In this document: positions 63,474-64,000 of the stretch, in pieces
How the letters are laid out: each line of letters begins with the position of its first letter
Numbering within the stretch: the first letter of the stretch is position 1
Assembly (NCBI GenBank): GCA_963764625.1
Contig: CAVXTH010000003.1
Coordinates: forward strand, 1-64,000
Length of the DNA stretch: 64,000 nucleotides
Direction of reading: 5' to 3'
Origin: Candidatus Krumholzibacteriota bacterium
GTDB taxonomy: Bacteria > Krumholzibacteriota > Krumholzibacteriia > JAJRXK01
Notes under the pieces: generated by a model
The model's database searches: none
What the model saw: the letters and a program-made list of their open reading frames with translations, nothing else
Told to the model about the DNA's origin: nothing
Translations under genes and position numbers: made by a program

Positions 63474-64000
63474 CTACTTATAGCGCTTGATGATATGGAA
63501 GCCGAAAGGCGTTTCCACAATTGCACTTACCTCGCCAACCTTCAGGGCGAACGCCGCGTCCTCAAAGGCGGGAACCATCATTCCGCGCCCGAAGGAACCC
63601 AGATCGCCTCCCCGCACTTTGGTGGGTCCGTCGCTGTATTCCTCGGCCACCGTGGCGAAGTCCTCCCCGGCCTTGATCTTGGCCAGGGCAGAGTCGGCGC
63701 GTGCCAGCGCTTCTTCACGGCTCCGCGTGATCTCGGGCGGTTTGCGGGTGGAGCCCTCGTGCATCACCAAGATGTGACGGCACGAGATCTTCTCGACCTT
63801 CTTCCTGAGGATCACGTGATAGCCGAAGGGGGTCTCCACCGGATCGCTGATGCTTCCGATCGGCAGCTTCTCGATCGCGGCATCGAACTCGGGAACCATG
63901 CGACCTTTCTCCCAGATCCCCAGGTTCCCGCCGCGCGAGGCGGAGGGTCCGTCGGAGTATTCCTTCGCGAGTTCCGCGAAGTCCTCACCCTTGCGAGCAC
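63474..64000 (-). CDS. Parvulin-type peptidyl-prolyl isomerase with at least two PpiC domains (5' part outside the window)
   Basis: Two copies of GEDF..A.EYSDGP..RGG.LG...G.MVP.F...VETPFG.H. The frame is open to the window edge. Confidence 0.92.
   Translation of the reverse strand, partial: ARKGEDFAELAKEYSDGPSASRGGNLGIWEKGRMVPEFDAAIEKLPIGSISDPVETPFGYHVILRKKVEKISCRHILVMHEGSTRKPPEITRSREEALARADSALAKIKAGEDFATVAEEYSDGPTKVRGGDLGSFGRGMMVPAFEDAAFALKVGEVSAIVETPFGFHIIKRYK

Overview
GC-rich bacterial chromosomal window, probably from an FCB-group lineage such as Eisenbacteria, Krumholzibacteriota or Latescibacterota. This placement is inferred from a T9SS-type C-terminal domain and an SWxxMK C-terminal motif. 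The right two-thirds is mostly housekeeping: a heterodimeric ABC exporter, NfeD-stomatin, PhzF-like protein, glnA, PIN-PhoH/lgt/two RNA methyltransferases, metH, NhaC, suhB, AMMECR1, a sulfatase-like transferase with a GT-C-like membrane protein, a complete nuoA-N operon, pabB with a class IV aminotransferase, and a parvulin PPIase. The left third (about 5-19 kb) is accessory and cell-surface related and holds the three best leads. (i) A three-gene secreted cassette: a tiny T9SS-CTD protein, a signal-peptide fibre ending in a phage-type autocleaving chaperone domain, and a zinc metalloprotease. (ii) An O-antigen ligase/Wzy-like protein fused in frame to a GH32-like propeller, downstream of an orphan ParA and convergent on wzi. 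(iii) A long HNH nuclease with duplicated helical modules, preceded by a 5x16-bp array and a promoter with a palindromic operator. About ten single-indel frameshifts, one of them in nuoM, suggest uncorrected long-read assembly errors, so splits and fusions need read-level checks. I saw no rRNA, tRNA, CRISPR array, integrase or transposase. All protein family calls come from motif recognition, not database searches.
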